Origin: Mobula hypostoma | Lineage: Eukaryota | Length of the DNA stretch: 64,000 bases | Assembly (NCBI RefSeq): GCF_963921235.1 | Contig: NC_086110.1 | Span: 372,001-436,000 of the forward strand | Direction: 5' to 3' | Shown here: piece after piece, positions 51,291 through 64,000 of the stretch | How positions within the stretch are numbered: the stretch's first letter is position 1 | Layout of the letters: every line of letters starts with the position of its first letter | The notes under the pieces: model-generated | Database searches by the model: none | What the model was told of the DNA's origin: nothing | Seen by the model: only the letters and a program-made list of their open reading frames with translations | Program-made: the position numbers and the translations under genes

Positions 51291-51469
51291 TTCAAACTGA
51301 GGCAGTATTCAATTGCCCAGCCCAAGCTGCCCTTGAGAAGGCAGTGGTGAGCCACCTTCTTGAACCACTGCAGCCCTAGAGGTGTTGGTAGACCCACAGT
51401 GCTGTTAGTGAGAGAGGTCCAGGGTTTTGACCCAGCAGAGGTGAGAGATGAACACCAGGGTCTCGGGAG

Positions 51470-53260
51470 ACTCTACTGGGTGTTTTTTATAGACCACCCA
51501 ATAGCAACAGGGTCATCAAGGAGCAGATAGGGAAGCAGTATCTGGAATGGTGCAGTAATAACAGGGTTGTCGTGATGGGGGATTTTAATTTCCCCAATAT
51601 TGATTGGCATCTCTCTAGAGTGAGGGGTTTAGATGGGGTGAAGTTTGTTTGGTGTGTTCTGGAAGGGCAAGAGTCAGATACTAGAGAGTACTCTTGTGGC
51701 TGTCCCCCTTAACAATAAGTACTGCTGTTTGAGTACTGTTGGGGGAAACAATCTACCTGGGGGAAGCAACAGTAGCTATGCCTCTGGCACAGAGTCTGGT
51801 CCTGGTGCTCAGAAGGGTAGGGAAAGGAAGAAGGCAGCAGTGAGAGGGGACTATATAGTTAGGGGATCAGACAAGCAATTCTGTGGACGCAGGAAAGAAA
51901 CTCGGATGGTAGTTTGCCTCCAGGTGCCAGGGTCTGGGATGTTTCTGATCACGTCCACGATATCCTGCACTGGGAAGGGGAACAGCCAGGGGTCGTGGAA
52001 CATATTGGCACCAGCGACATAGGTAGGAAAAGGGAGGAGGTCCTCAAAACAGAATACAGGGAGTTAGGAAGGAAGTTGCAAAGCAGAACCTTAAAGGTAG
52101 CAATCTCGGGATTACTGCCCGTGCCACGTGACAGTGAGTATCGGAATAGAGTGAAATGGAGGATAAATGCGTGGCTGAGAGATTACAGCAGGGGGCAGGG
52201 ATTCAGATTTCTGGATCATAGGGACCGCTTTTGGGGTAGGCGTGACCTGTACAAAAAGGAGGGATTGCACTTGAATCCGATGGAGATCAATATCCTGATG
52301 TGGAGATTTGCTAAGGCTACTGGAGAGAGTTTAAACTAGAATTGCTAGGGGGTGGGAACCCAACTGAAGAGACGGAGGAAGGGGCTGTTGGCTCACAAAT
52401 AGAGAAAGCTTGTAGACAGTGCGGGAGGGAGGATAGGCAGGTGATAGAGAAGGGATGCTGTCAGACTGATGGTTTAAGATGTGTCTATTTTAACGCAAGG
52501 AGATTCATGAACAAAGCGGATGAGCTTTGAGCGTGGATCAGTACTTAGAGTTATGATGTTGTGGCCATTCCAGGGACTTGGATGGTTCAAGGGCAGGAAT
52601 GTTTCCTTAGAGTGCCAGGCTTTAGATGTTTCAGAAAGGACACGGGGAAAGCAAAAGAGGTGGGGCATGGCACTGTTGATCAGAGATAGTGTCACGGCTG
52701 CAATAAAAGGAGTAAGTCACGGAGAGATTGTTTACTGAGTCTCTGTGGGTGGAAGTTAGAAACAGGAAGGGGTCAATAACTCTACTGGGTGTTTTTTATA
52801 GACCATCCAATAGCATCAGGGTCATCAAGGAGCAGATAGGGAAGCAGTATCTGGAATGGTGCAGTAATAACAGGGTTGTCGTAATGGGGAATTTTAATTT
52901 CCCCAATATTGATTGGCATCTCCCTAGAGTGAGGGGTTTAGATGGGGTGAAGTTTGTTTGGTGTGTTCAGGAAGGTTTCCTGACACAATTTGTAGATAAG
53001 CCTAACATATTGCCTGTTAGAGGTAAGTTTTTTTTTAACGCAGAGAGTGGTGAGTGCATTGAATGGGCTACTGGCGATTGTTGTGGAGGTGGATACAAAA
53101 GGATCTTTTAAGAGACTCCTGGATAGGTACATGGATCTTAGAAAATTAGAGGGCTCTGGGTAACCCAAGGTAATTTCTAAAGTAAGTATATGTTTGGCAC
53201 TGCATTGGAGGCCAAAGGGCCTGTGTTGGGTTGTAGGTTTTCTATGTTTCTACGATTCTA
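51470..53260 (+). mobile_element. Rearranged CR1 (duplicated APE segment, ORF1, APE, deletion to 3' end)
   Basis: ORFs 51914-52339 (ORF1) and 52728-53111 (APE fused to 3' end); 197-bp duplication. Confidence 0.85.
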
Positions 53261-54399
53261 TGAAAGAACGGTGATATATTTCCATGTCAGGATGGTGTGT
53301 GACTTGGAGAACAACTTCCAGCCGGAGGTGTTCCCTGTGCTTTGCTGCCCTTGTCCTTCCAGCTGGTAGAGGTGGTGGGTTTGGAAGGTGCTGTCTAAGG
53401 AGTCTGGGGGAGTTGCTGCAGTGTATCTGTAGATGGACAGTGGTGGAGTGAGTGAATGGAGTGCCTATCAAGCAGAAAGTATGTTTCTAGGCTAACTCTG
53501 TTTCTCTTCCCATAGAGGCTGTCTCATATATTGAGTGTTTCCAGCATTCTGTTGCTATTTTAAATTTCCATTTCCAGCATCTGCAGTTTTTTTGATTTTA
53601 AGGCAAACCTTTCCCTTACTGAGGTGAACAATTTCAGTTGAACTGAAATTTAGTGGCTGGGGGTGGGGTGGGGGTGGGGTGGGGGGGGGTGGGGAGGTTG
53701 GATGAATTTTAGTACAGAGCAAAAGAGAGAGGAAGATAAGGTGAACCACATCAGTCTTTCTCCCCACAAGGGATCTCATTATATTTGTTGGAGGAGGATG
53801 ATAAGTGACTGTGACTACCATTTGTTTTTTTTTTCTCTCTGGACTCTAATTGCACATGTAACTTTCTGGCTTTGTTGCAGCAGGCTTCCAGAAGCAAAAT
53901 CTTCCTCACCATTCCAATTGTTAAGGAGAATCAAAGGAGAAAAAAGAGCAATAAAGAAGTCAGGTCCTTATAGGCATGAAACAGCTCATAATGTGGAGGC
54001 TGTTGTAGAACACAGATTTTCAGGAGAAGCATACGCTGAACAAGTGGGTTCTCCCAAAATGGCAAGGTCCCAGCTCGCTGTAGATCATACTGGCTCAACA
54101 AAGGATGAGTTAGGTACATGACAGATTGGACAGGCTATCAACGTTTGCAGACCATGGTAAGGGATATGAAAGAGTCTATCCTGTGTTTGATACGGAACGT
54201 GGGACACATCTGAATATCCACAGTGATTCACTGATCAAAAATCCTCCGTAAAAACTTCTACAGATGGAAAAATGAAAGAGGGCTGCAGGAATTTGTTCCA
54301 GTTTTCCTCTTAGATTACTCTTTTTGAACTATTTTTGCTGCAATCTGCAGCATGTAAATCTACTCTTCACTATGGACTACGAAATTATATCAGTGATCT

Positions 54400-57110
54400 T
54401 CAGATCTCACGCTCGGCTGTTAAGTGCAGAGCAGCTAAGCACGGCACCTTTAAATGTCAACACCACGGCCGTGACCGAAAACGTGCCAGGAGAAGTGGAA
54501 TTCAACCGGGCTGAAGTGCGGGGGAAGTGAGGCCTCCTCTACCCACCATCCTGTCAGTGAATGTACAGTCACTCAAAAACATGATCGACGATCTCAGGGC
54601 AAGGCTGCTGTATCAGAGACAGATGAGGCAGATATCAATTGTCTGTTGCATTGAGACTTGGTTAACAGTGAACATGTCGTACATAGCTGTCCGACCAGAA
54701 GGTTTTATGACTTCCAGAATGGATCGAACCTCAAATTCCGGTTCGTATGCTTTTTCGTCAATTCCTTTTGTTGCACAGATGTGGGGTTATGTTGAGTTCT
54801 TGTTCTCCTGACTTAGAACGATTCACAATTAAATGTAGACCATTCTACCTGCCTCAGCGGTTCTGATTTGTGACCCTGACCGCAGGTAACATACCACCAG
54901 CGGCTGATTATAAGCAAGCACTTGCGAAACTACACAATGCTTTCTTAAACAAGAAACGGCCCATCCCGATGCATTTTAAATTATAGTCAGAAAATTTAGC
55001 CAGGCTTGTTTGAAAAAAACCCTGTTCAATTATCACTAGCACATAACCTGTTGCATCAGAGGTCCCAACAGACTAGACCACTGCTACACTATGATAAGGA
55101 ATGGCTGTTGTACCTTCCTGTGACCATATTTTGGCAAGTCAGATCATTTGGCTGTACTCCTGCTCCCTGCATACAGACAGACCCTAAAGAGAAAGCCTTC
55201 AGAGAGCAAGTCAACCAAGAGATGGTCGCAGGAGGCTGAGGACCAGGTACAGGATTCCCTCGAATTGGTGGATTGGGTTGTGTTCGAGAACTCATCTGAG
55301 TATTTGAAGGACTGCACCAGGGTTCTAACAGACTTTATTAAAACAGCTGTGGATGAGAGTGTCCCCATGAAATCATTCAGGGTTTTCCTCAATCTGAAGC
55401 CTTGGATGAACAATGAATCTGGAATCTATTGGGAGCGAGATCACAGGCATTCAAGTCAGGAGATCAAGAATGCTACAAGTTGTACAGGTATGATCTCCAG
55501 ACAGCCATCTCAAAGGCAAAGTGGAGATTGTGGACTAGACAGGAATCAATGAGGGATGTTCAACAGCTGTGGCAATGTTGGAATGCCAATAACCTCTTGC
55601 AAAGCTAAACGTTACAACATAGGGGACAGCAGAGCTTCACTTCCAGATGAGCTGAATGCCTTCTATGCTCACTTTGAAAGTCCCTGGCTGAGTACTGAAG
55701 ACCTGTGCTGACGAACTGGCTGGTGTATTCACAGATATCTTTAACCTTTTCATCAGCAGTGTGTGGTACCCACCTGCTTCAATCATACCGATGCCCACGA
55801 AGAGTGTGATAACCTCTTGCCAAGTGGCACTTACATCCACAGTGAAGTGTTTTGAGAGGCTGGTGTTGAAGCATATCAGCTCCTGTCTGAATGGTGACTT
55901 GGATCCAGTCCAATTTGCCTACCGAAGTAACAGGTCTACAGCAGATGCTAGTTCATTGTCTCTTCACATAACCTTGGATCATCTGGACAGCAAAGATGCA
56001 TACATCAGGATGCTCTCTATCAATTACAGCTCAGCATTTAATACCATCTTCCCCTCAAAACTGATCAGTACCTCCAAGAACTGTGTGTCAAAACCCCCTT
56101 GCACAATTGGATCCTGGATTTCCTCACTTGCTGACCCCATTCAGTTTGGATTGGCAAAAACATCTCCTCCACAATCTCCATCAGCACAGGAGCACCACAG
56201 GGATGGGTACGTAGCCCCCTGCTCTACTCAGTTTACACCTACGACTGTGTAGCTAAGTTCAGCTCCAACACCATATCCAAGTTTGCTGACGGGAGATTGA
56301 AAATTAGGCTGAGTGGTGTCATAATAACAACCTCTCACTCAATGTCAGCAAGACCAAGGAAACGATTGTAGACTTTAGGAGAAGGAAACCAGGAGGTCCA
56401 TGAGCCAGTGATCATCAGAGGAGCAGAGGTGAAGAGGGTCAGTAACTTTCAGTTCCTGGGTGCCACCATCGCAGAGAACCCAATCTGGGCCCGTCATATA
56501 CTGTAAATATTATTGTGAAGAAAGCATAACAACACCTTTAGGTCCTCAGGAGTCTGCGGAGGTTCAGCGTGTCATTGAAAACCTTGATGTGTGGTGGAAA
56601 GTGTGCAGACATTATGGCTTGGTATGGAACACCAATGCCTTTGAGTAGAAAATCCTCCGAAAGGTCGTGAATTCGGCCCAGTACGTCACGGGTAAAACCC
56701 TTCCAACTATTGAGCACATCTACATGAAATGTTGCGTAGAAAAGCAGCATCCATCATCAAAGACCTCACCACCCAGGCGGTGCTCTTTTCTCACTGCTGC
56801 CATTAGCTAGAAGGTACAAGTGCAGCAGGATTCACAGCAGGTTTAAAAATATTTACTACCCCTCAGCCATCAGGCTCTTGAATAAAAAGGCGATAGCTAG
56901 GCTCATTTAAGGACTGTTATATTGTTCTTTCATGCTCATTATTATTTGCTATTTATTTACATCTGTATTTGCACAGTTTATTTAAAGTTTACAGTTCCTG
57001 ATGTTTACAGTTACTGTTCTATGGATTTGCTAAGTATGCCCATAGAAAAAGAATCTCAGTGTTTTACGCGGTGACGTGTATGTACTCAGATAATAAATTT
57101 TCCTTTGAAC
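54400..57110 (+). mobile_element. Near full-length degenerate Rex1/Babar LINE
   Basis: PTILSVNVQSLKN (APE), [37 protein letters not shown]. Confidence 0.88.
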
Positions 57111-57489
57111 TTTGTAGATTGTTCTCTCGGGAGTCAGCTTACTGGAGAAAGACGGGACCTGCTTGAATAGTGCTTCAACAACAGCCTCCCACCCAGTGTC
57201 AGCAAAACCAGATAGCTGATTGCTGACTTGAGGAAGGGGAAGGATGGTGAGCATACACCGGTCTACAATAGAGGAGTGCAGTGGAGAGGGTCAGCAACTG
57301 TAAATTCATGGGCATTACCATATCAGATGACCTGCCTTGGACGCAGCTCGTTCCAAGCTCTCACTGCCCTCCATGTGAAGAAGTTCCCCCTCATGTTCCC
57401 ATTACATACTTCACCTTTCACCCTTAACCTGTGAATTCTAGTCTCACCCGACTTCAGTGAAAAAGCCTGCTTGCATTGACTTTGTTTAC

Positions 57490-58031
57490 ATTCCATGGCC
57501 ACTCTATTAGGTACTTCCTCTACCTACGTAATAAAGTACCAGTGAGCATATGGTCATGCTCTCCTGGGGCTGCATCCCATTCACTTCAAGGTTCGACATG
57601 TTGCACATTCAAAGATGTTCTTCTGCAGACCGCTGTTGCAAAACGTAGTTATTTGAGTTACTGTCACCTTCCGGTCAGATTGAACCTGTCTGGCCATTCT
57701 CCTCTGACCTTTGTCATTAATAAGACACTTTCTCCCACAGAACTTCCACTCACTAGATGCTTTCACACCATCCTCTGTAAACTCGAGAGATGGTTGTCCG
57801 TGAAAATCCCAGGAGATCAGCAGTTTGTGGAATATTTAAACCATCCCATCTGGCACCAGCAATCATTCCAATGCCAGAGTCACTTAGATCACATTTCTTT
57901 ACCATTCTGATGTTTGGTCTGAAGAACAACTGAACCTTGTCTGCATGCTTCTAGGCATCGAAGTGTTGCCACATGATTGGCTGATTAGATATTTCCATTA
58001 ACAAGCAGGAATACAGATCTACCTAATAAAG
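57490..58031. mobile_element. Non-autonomous Tc1-like element, right TIR truncated
   Basis: Left TGGCCACTCTATTAGGTAC vs right ACCTAATAAAG inverted termini. Confidence 0.65.
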
Positions 58032-58033
58032 AA

Positions 58034-61000
58034 CAGTGCCTATAAAAAGCATTCACCCCCTTGGAAGTTATGTTCTTATGTTCTTTTCATATTTTATTGT
58101 TTTACAACATTGAATCACAGTGGATTTAATTTGGTTTTTTAACACTGATCAACAGAAAAAGACCCCTTTGCGTCAAAGTGCAAACCAATCTCTACAAAGT
58201 GATCTAAATTAATTGCAGATATAAAACACAAAATAATTGATTACGTAAGTATTCACCCCACTTTAATAAGACACACCAAATTATCACTGGTGCCGCCAAT
58301 TGGTTTTACAAGTCACAAAATTAGTTAAATGGAGATCATGTGTTTGCAGTGTTACGTACCCCGTATTTGGGTTGCCAAACCAGCAGAAATGGATCACTCA
58401 GTTGGAGTCTGGATTACTGGAACTAAGAAAGTTTTATTAAAGAAATAAGCAACACAGTACTCTGATCGAAAGAATAATAAATGCAACAGTTCAGGAATGA
58501 TAAACACACATGTCCACAGAACTAGGATAATAGGATCAATGAAGCTCTATTGTCGTCTAGGGGTAAATGACCAGTTTCAAAGTGACGCAAAGTTCAGTTC
58601 AATTGAGTTCAGTTCAGTTCACAGTAGTCCCTGCCGTGCCGGTGGACGGGGGGGGGGGGGGTGGGTGGGAGGGAAGCAGAGAGAGAGCGAAAATGAATAT
58701 TCAAAACGGCTTCCACACAGACCTTCGATATTCCTCGCAGTCAGCTGTCGGGCGAGCCCTTTCAAATGTCTTCTGAGGTCACCGACTGTGACCCCTCCGT
58801 TTCCAGATACGATCGTTTCTCTGCGGTGAACCTGGCACCCAGGCAAGGGCGGACAGACACCAGGTTCCCGCCGATCGTACCTTTCCACCCTGTGTATCTA
58901 TGGCTTGGTCCCGCGACCAGCCCATCCAAAACTCCCACCGACTTGTGGGAGGCGCACCGCTTCCAGGGTCTCGTTACCTCGTGGTGTCGTGTGTGTCGCC
59001 TTAGCGAACCTGTCCCTTTTTATCCCCCTGCTGGGGTATCGCCTGTCCATCACACTTCAAACAGTTCAGGGTTCAAAAAGGAGCCGATCTTGACAGCTCT
59101 CAGACCGTGTCTCCTTCCGTTAAACTCTCCCGTCTCTTCATTAACATTTCGAAATGCTGCTCCATTGTCTTCCTTATCTCTCTTTCTCCTGAAGACAGGT
59201 GGCAGATCAACTGTTGATCCCACTGGTGCCAGCACAGGACAGTTAACATCTTAATCTATGTGTACTCTTTGTAACCCTCTTTCATCACACCCCTCACCTT
59301 AAGGATTTTTACCGGGGTAAAAATTACAAACATGAATACATTATTAGATACAAACAAATATACATTGTCAACACCTGACCGACAGTCAGCAAACACATTT
59401 TCTGTTCCTTTTATATGTGTTATTAATAATCCCCTAATCCAGGCTCCAATTTAGCAAACTTCATAGTGGCCGAAAACACTGATGAATTGCGATCAGTGTA
59501 ACCTCTCATTGGGTTTCGTCCTGGACCACGATAACAAGGGTTGTCCCATCCCGACTTAGTTTTCTCTCGCAAGGGCTTAGTAGGAGGGGGAGGGGTAGTA
59601 ACCGCAGAGTTATTTCAAAACTTTCTACAGTACCCCACCATCTCCAAGAGCCTTCTGAGGGCCCTCTTGTCTGTTGGGGTTGGGATGTCAGAGATAGCCC
59701 GCACCTTAGCTTGCATCACTGCCAGCTGCCCCTGTGTTACCACAATTCCCAGATAAGTGACCTTCGTGTGGCCGAACTCATTTTTTTTCAAGGTTCACTA
59801 TCAAGCTGGCTTCAGACAGCCGTATTATATTGCCAATATACACTTCTGTATTCGTTAGCCCTTTCGTCACTGAATTACTCATTCTATAGCGCTGTTGCTC
59901 ACTAGGCTACCATAGTGTGACAAACACCACCCAACTTCCCAGTTCTTTGCATTGCCTCGGGACAATCAAACACACGTGTGTGAGCCGTTTAATTAATTCT
60001 CCTAAAGAGTCACTTTGTTCGGGGATTAAGGGAGAGACCTTATCAACAGAGCTGGCCAAAACAATAGCCTTCTCCCATCTGGTCGATACCATACTCATCT
60101 TTTCAAAATGTTTTTTTTTCTTATCGGGGGACCCTAGCTTCATTGATTTCCGCGCTAACACCGACTAGGTTCATTAGCATATCAAAAGCCTGTGACCGTC
60201 TCAGTTCGCATCTGCCATAGTCAATAACATCCTTCCTCCTGTGCAGCCAGTAAACCTCTTTCATGATTCCGCCGACTGTTTCCTTCAGCACCTCAAAATG
60301 TCCACTGAGGGGTACCTTGTGGGCCAGGTTAAAAATATCATCCCCAGAGATTTTTGGCACCATCCCCCATTCCTCATCTGCGGTACTTGGTCTCCCTTCC
60401 TTCCTTAGCACACCCTCCTCCACACAATAGCCTACTGGCTCTCTTTTTAATCCTGCTTCAGAGAGAGCTGTTTCCTCGTCTCGCTCCTGTACCTGTATAA
60501 AGTCCTTCTTTTCTACTGATAAATCTACCTTAATTTCCCCACTTCCTCCTGTTTCATTATGTTCCTTCTTTTCACTTTCTACCCCCTCCTCGCACAAGGC
60601 TGGCATAAACGTCTCAGCTAAATTTACTTTGGCAGTCCCGGGATGAACCTGTGAGTCCATTGGTGGGGCCTCAATGCTGGCAGGCTGACCTGTCAAGCTC
60701 ACTGTCGAGAACACAGTTCTCCCGGCGAGGTCATTACCGATCAAGACTTCCACGCCTTTCATCTGTAATGCGGGCCTCACCCCGATCGTGACTAGTCCAG
60801 AGACCAAGTTGCTTTGTAGGTGTATCTGGTGCAAAGGGACTGCACCAGATACACAGCAATCAAGGTGTTTCAACTGATTGTCGTCAAAATACACACGTAT
60901 CTGGAAAGTCCAACTGCTGGTGAGTCAATATCCTGATAAAAACAAGCCATGAAGACAAAAGAACACTCCAAGCAAGACCACGAAAAGATCATTAAAAAGC

Positions 61001-61038
61001 ACAAGTCAGGAGATGGATACAAGGTAACTTCCAAATCA
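58034..61038 (+). mobile_element. Tc1 (IR/DR type) 5' part, interrupted by an LTR element and truncated by CR1
   Basis: CAGTGCCTATAAAAAGCATTCACCCC terminus, inner repeat AAGTATTCACCCC ~58248; transposase start MKTKEHSKQ...KHKSGDGYK at 60949. Confidence 0.85.
58350..60855 (-). mobile_element. Deleted Gmr1-like Gypsy element: LTR ~58350-59276 plus internal protease-region/integrase zinc-finger remnant
   Basis: TGTTAC...GTAAC termini, purine tract on minus; ORF 60121-60894 GVRPAL...LIGNDLAG then LAHKVPLSGH...YW; GCAG/GCAA 4-bp TSD. Confidence 0.8.
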
Positions 61039-61039
61039 A

Positions 61040-64000
61040 TAGCCAGCACGCAGACGCGGGGAGCATCAGAGGCAACAGCGACTGCGGAAGGCAGGTGGAG
61101 CACCACTGAATGCGGTGAGTTTCTTCTCCTTGCATGGGGGCTTACTTTTTAAACTATAAAAGAGAGATAGAGACCAGTGAAGCGGCCATCATCAGAGCAG
61201 CCATCATTGGACTGGGGGCTAGAGTAAGAGTGAAAGATGAGAGGTTTTGACTCAAAGCTTCGATGAAAAGAGGCTGAGGCCTAAGAAACAGGGATGAGAG
61301 GGTGTTTTTTCCTTTCATTATTGCTGATTTGGTCCTGGTTGCCCATTGTACAGTGCAGGCAGGATGGCAGATATGGCAGTGGAACGCTCCTCCTGTAGGA
61401 TGTGGGAATTCATGGAACCTGATGGTCTCCCTGATGACTACACCTGCTGGAAGTGCAGCCAACTCCGCTCCTGAAAGACTGCGTTAAAGGAGATAAAGCT
61501 GGATTTGGATGAACTTGGAATTATCTGGGAGGCAGAGCAATTAAATGATAAGACTTTTGACACCCAGACTGCAGAATTCAGGGAGTAGATGGATGAACAC
61601 TGAGAGGGGTAACGGGAGAAAAAATCAGTGCAGGATCCCCCTGTGGCCATCCCCCTCAGAAACAGGTCTACCCCTTTGGGTATTGCTGTGGGGGATGACG
61701 TATCTGGACAAGGCAGCAGTGGCCAGACCAATAGTACTGTGGTCGGCAGTGAGCCTCAGAAGGGTGGGGTGAAGTCAAGTACAGCAATTGGAGACTCGAT
61801 AGTAGGGGGACAGATAGGACATTCTGCCGCAGCAAAAGAGATGCCAGGACAGTGTGTTGCTTTCCGGGTGCTAGGGTCCAGGGTGTCTCTGAGCAGTTGC
61901 AGAATATTCTTGAAGGGGAGGTGAAACAGCTGGAGGTCGTGGTACCTGTTGGTACCAATGACATAGGCAGGAGAGGGGTAGAGGTCCTGTGCAGTAACAT
62001 TAGGGAGTTATGAAGGAGGGTGAAGATCAGGACCTCCAAGGTGGTAATTTCCAGATTACTCCCAGTGCCACGAGCTAGAGTTAGGGTAGGTCAGAACAGG
62101 AGGACAGCGCAGACAAATGAGTGGCTGAGGAGATGGTGCAGGGGGAAGGGTTTCGGGTTCTTGGATCATTGGAGGCTTTTCTGGGGAAGGGTGACCGGTA
62201 CAAGTGAGATGGATTGCACCTGAACTGGAGGGGAAGCAATATTCCGGGGGTGGTGGGGGGTATTTGCTAATTCTATTCAGGAGCGTTTAAACAAGATTTT
62301 GAACTAGAGTGGGAACAGAAGTGAAGAGGCAAAGGATGGGGCAGTTGGCGTACAAGTAGAGACGGGAGTTTGTGAGGAAGGATAGGCAGATGTTAGGGCA
62401 CAGATGCATTCAGCCTGATGGCTTGAGATGTGTCTATTTAATGCGAGGAGTGTCATAAACAAGCCGGATGAACTTAGAGCATGGATCAATATGTGGAACT
62501 ATAATATTGCAGCCATTATAGAGACGGATGTCTCAGGGACAGGAATGGCTGCTGAGAGTGCCAGACTTTAGATGTTTCAAAAAGGACAGGGAGGGAGGCA
62601 AGAGAGGTGGGGGAGTGGCACTGCTAATCACTGATTGTATCACGGCTGCAGAAAAGGAGGAAGTTATGGAGAGATTGTGTACTGAGTCAGTGTGGGTGGA
62701 AGTCAGAAACAGGAAAGGGGCAATAACTCTACTGGGTGTTGTTATAGAACTCCCCCCTAAATAGTGCAGAGACATCGAGGAGCAAACAGTGAGGCAGATT
62801 CTGGAACGGTGCAATAATAATAGGGTTGTTGTGATGGGTGATTTTAACTTTCCTAATATTGACTGGCATCTCCTTAGAGCAAGGGGTTTGGATGGGGTGG
62901 AGTTTGTTAGGTGTGTTCAGGAAGGTTTCCTGACATAATATATAGATAAGCCAACTAGAGGAGAGGCTGTACTTGATCTAATATTGGGAAATGAACCTGG
63001 TCAGGTGTCAGATCTCTCAGTGGGAGAGCATTTTGGAGGTAGTGATCACAACTCTATCTCCTTTACTGTTGAGCTGGAGAGGGATAGGAGCAGACAATTT
63101 GGGAAAACGTTTCATTGGGGTAGGGTGGAATATGATGCTATTCAGCAGAAACTTGGGAGCGGATGTTCTCAGGGAAATGCACAGCAGAAATGTGGCAAAT
63201 GTTCAGGGAACATTTGAATGACATTCTGTATAGGTATGTTTCATTAAGGTAGGGAAAGGATGGTGGGGTACAAGATCCATGGTGCACAAAAGATATAGAA
63301 AATCAAGTTAGGAAGAATAGAAAAGGTCATGAAAGGTTTAAGAAACAAGGTACTGTTAGAGTTCTAGAAAATTACAAGGTTGCCAGAAAAGAGCTCGAGA
63401 ATGAAATGAGGACAGCCAGAAGGGGCCAACAGAAAGTTCTGGTGAGCAGGATTAAGGAAAACCCCAAGGCATTCTAAAATATGTGAAGAGCAAGAGGATA
63501 AGATGTGACAGAATAAGACCAATCGTGCGAGAGTGGAAACGTTTGCATGGAGTCAGAAGAAGTAGCTGAGGGACTTAATTAATACTTTGCTTCAGTATTC
63601 ACCAAGAAAAAGGACCTTGGCAATTGCGGGGATGACTTACAGCGGACTGAAATGCTTGAGCAAATAGACATTAAGAAAGAGGATGCGCTGGAGCTTTTGA
63701 AAAGTATTAAGTGAGATAATTCGTGGATCTGGATGAGATGTACCCCAGGCTACTGCAGGAATTGAGGGAGGAGATTCCTGAGTCTCTGGCGATGGGCTTT
63801 GCATCATCAATAGGGATGGGAGAAATATCAGAGTATTAGAGGATTGCAAATGTTGTTCGCTTGTTCAAGAAAGGGGGTAGACATAACCCAGGAAATTATA
63901 GACCAGTGAGTCTTAATTGAGTGGTTGGCAAGTTCTTGGAGAAGGTCCCAAGAGGCAAGACTTATTAGCATTTGGAGAGATATGATCTGATTAGGGATAT
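61040..64000 (+). mobile_element. Near full-length degenerate CR1 (5'UTR, ORF1, ORF2 start), runs off the window
   Basis: AIGDSIV, KIRTSKVVISRLLPVP, ESVWVEVRNRKG, GNEPGQVSDLSVGEHFGGSDHN. Confidence 0.88.

Noticed and set aside
53881-54230. 152-aa ORF 53663-54121
   Set aside because: Begins in the G-tract with no domain; a neighbouring frame looks like a decayed L1/Tx1 fragment (YWLNKG*).

Overview
Vertebrate genomic DNA, most likely a cartilaginous fish (ray/shark; inferred from the HER1/CR1-type LINE and V-SINE-type repeat content). Most of the window is transposon debris: CR1, Rex1/Babar, L1, Penelope-like, tRNA-derived SINEs, Gypsy/Gmr1-type LTR elements and Tc1. One host gene is supported, on the minus strand. 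It has a signal-peptide exon (41391-41337), a V-set Ig exon with a germline-joined J-like strand (41105-40806), a C1-set Ig exon (39918-39613) and a probable terminal transmembrane exon carrying an Arg (16063-15960). All junctions are phase 1, giving a 254-aa L-VJ-C1-TM(Arg) non-rearranging, antigen-receptor-like, probably activating receptor. The link to the TM exon crosses a 23.5-kb TE-filled intron with a 700-N assembly gap, so it is inferred. Mobile-element highlights are a twin-primed 5'-inverted L1 with a perfect 16-bp TSD, Penelope hammerhead motifs, a miniature LTR element, nested insertion stacks and a possible recurrent LINE insertion site. Repeat boundaries are by-eye estimates unless an exact junction is quoted.
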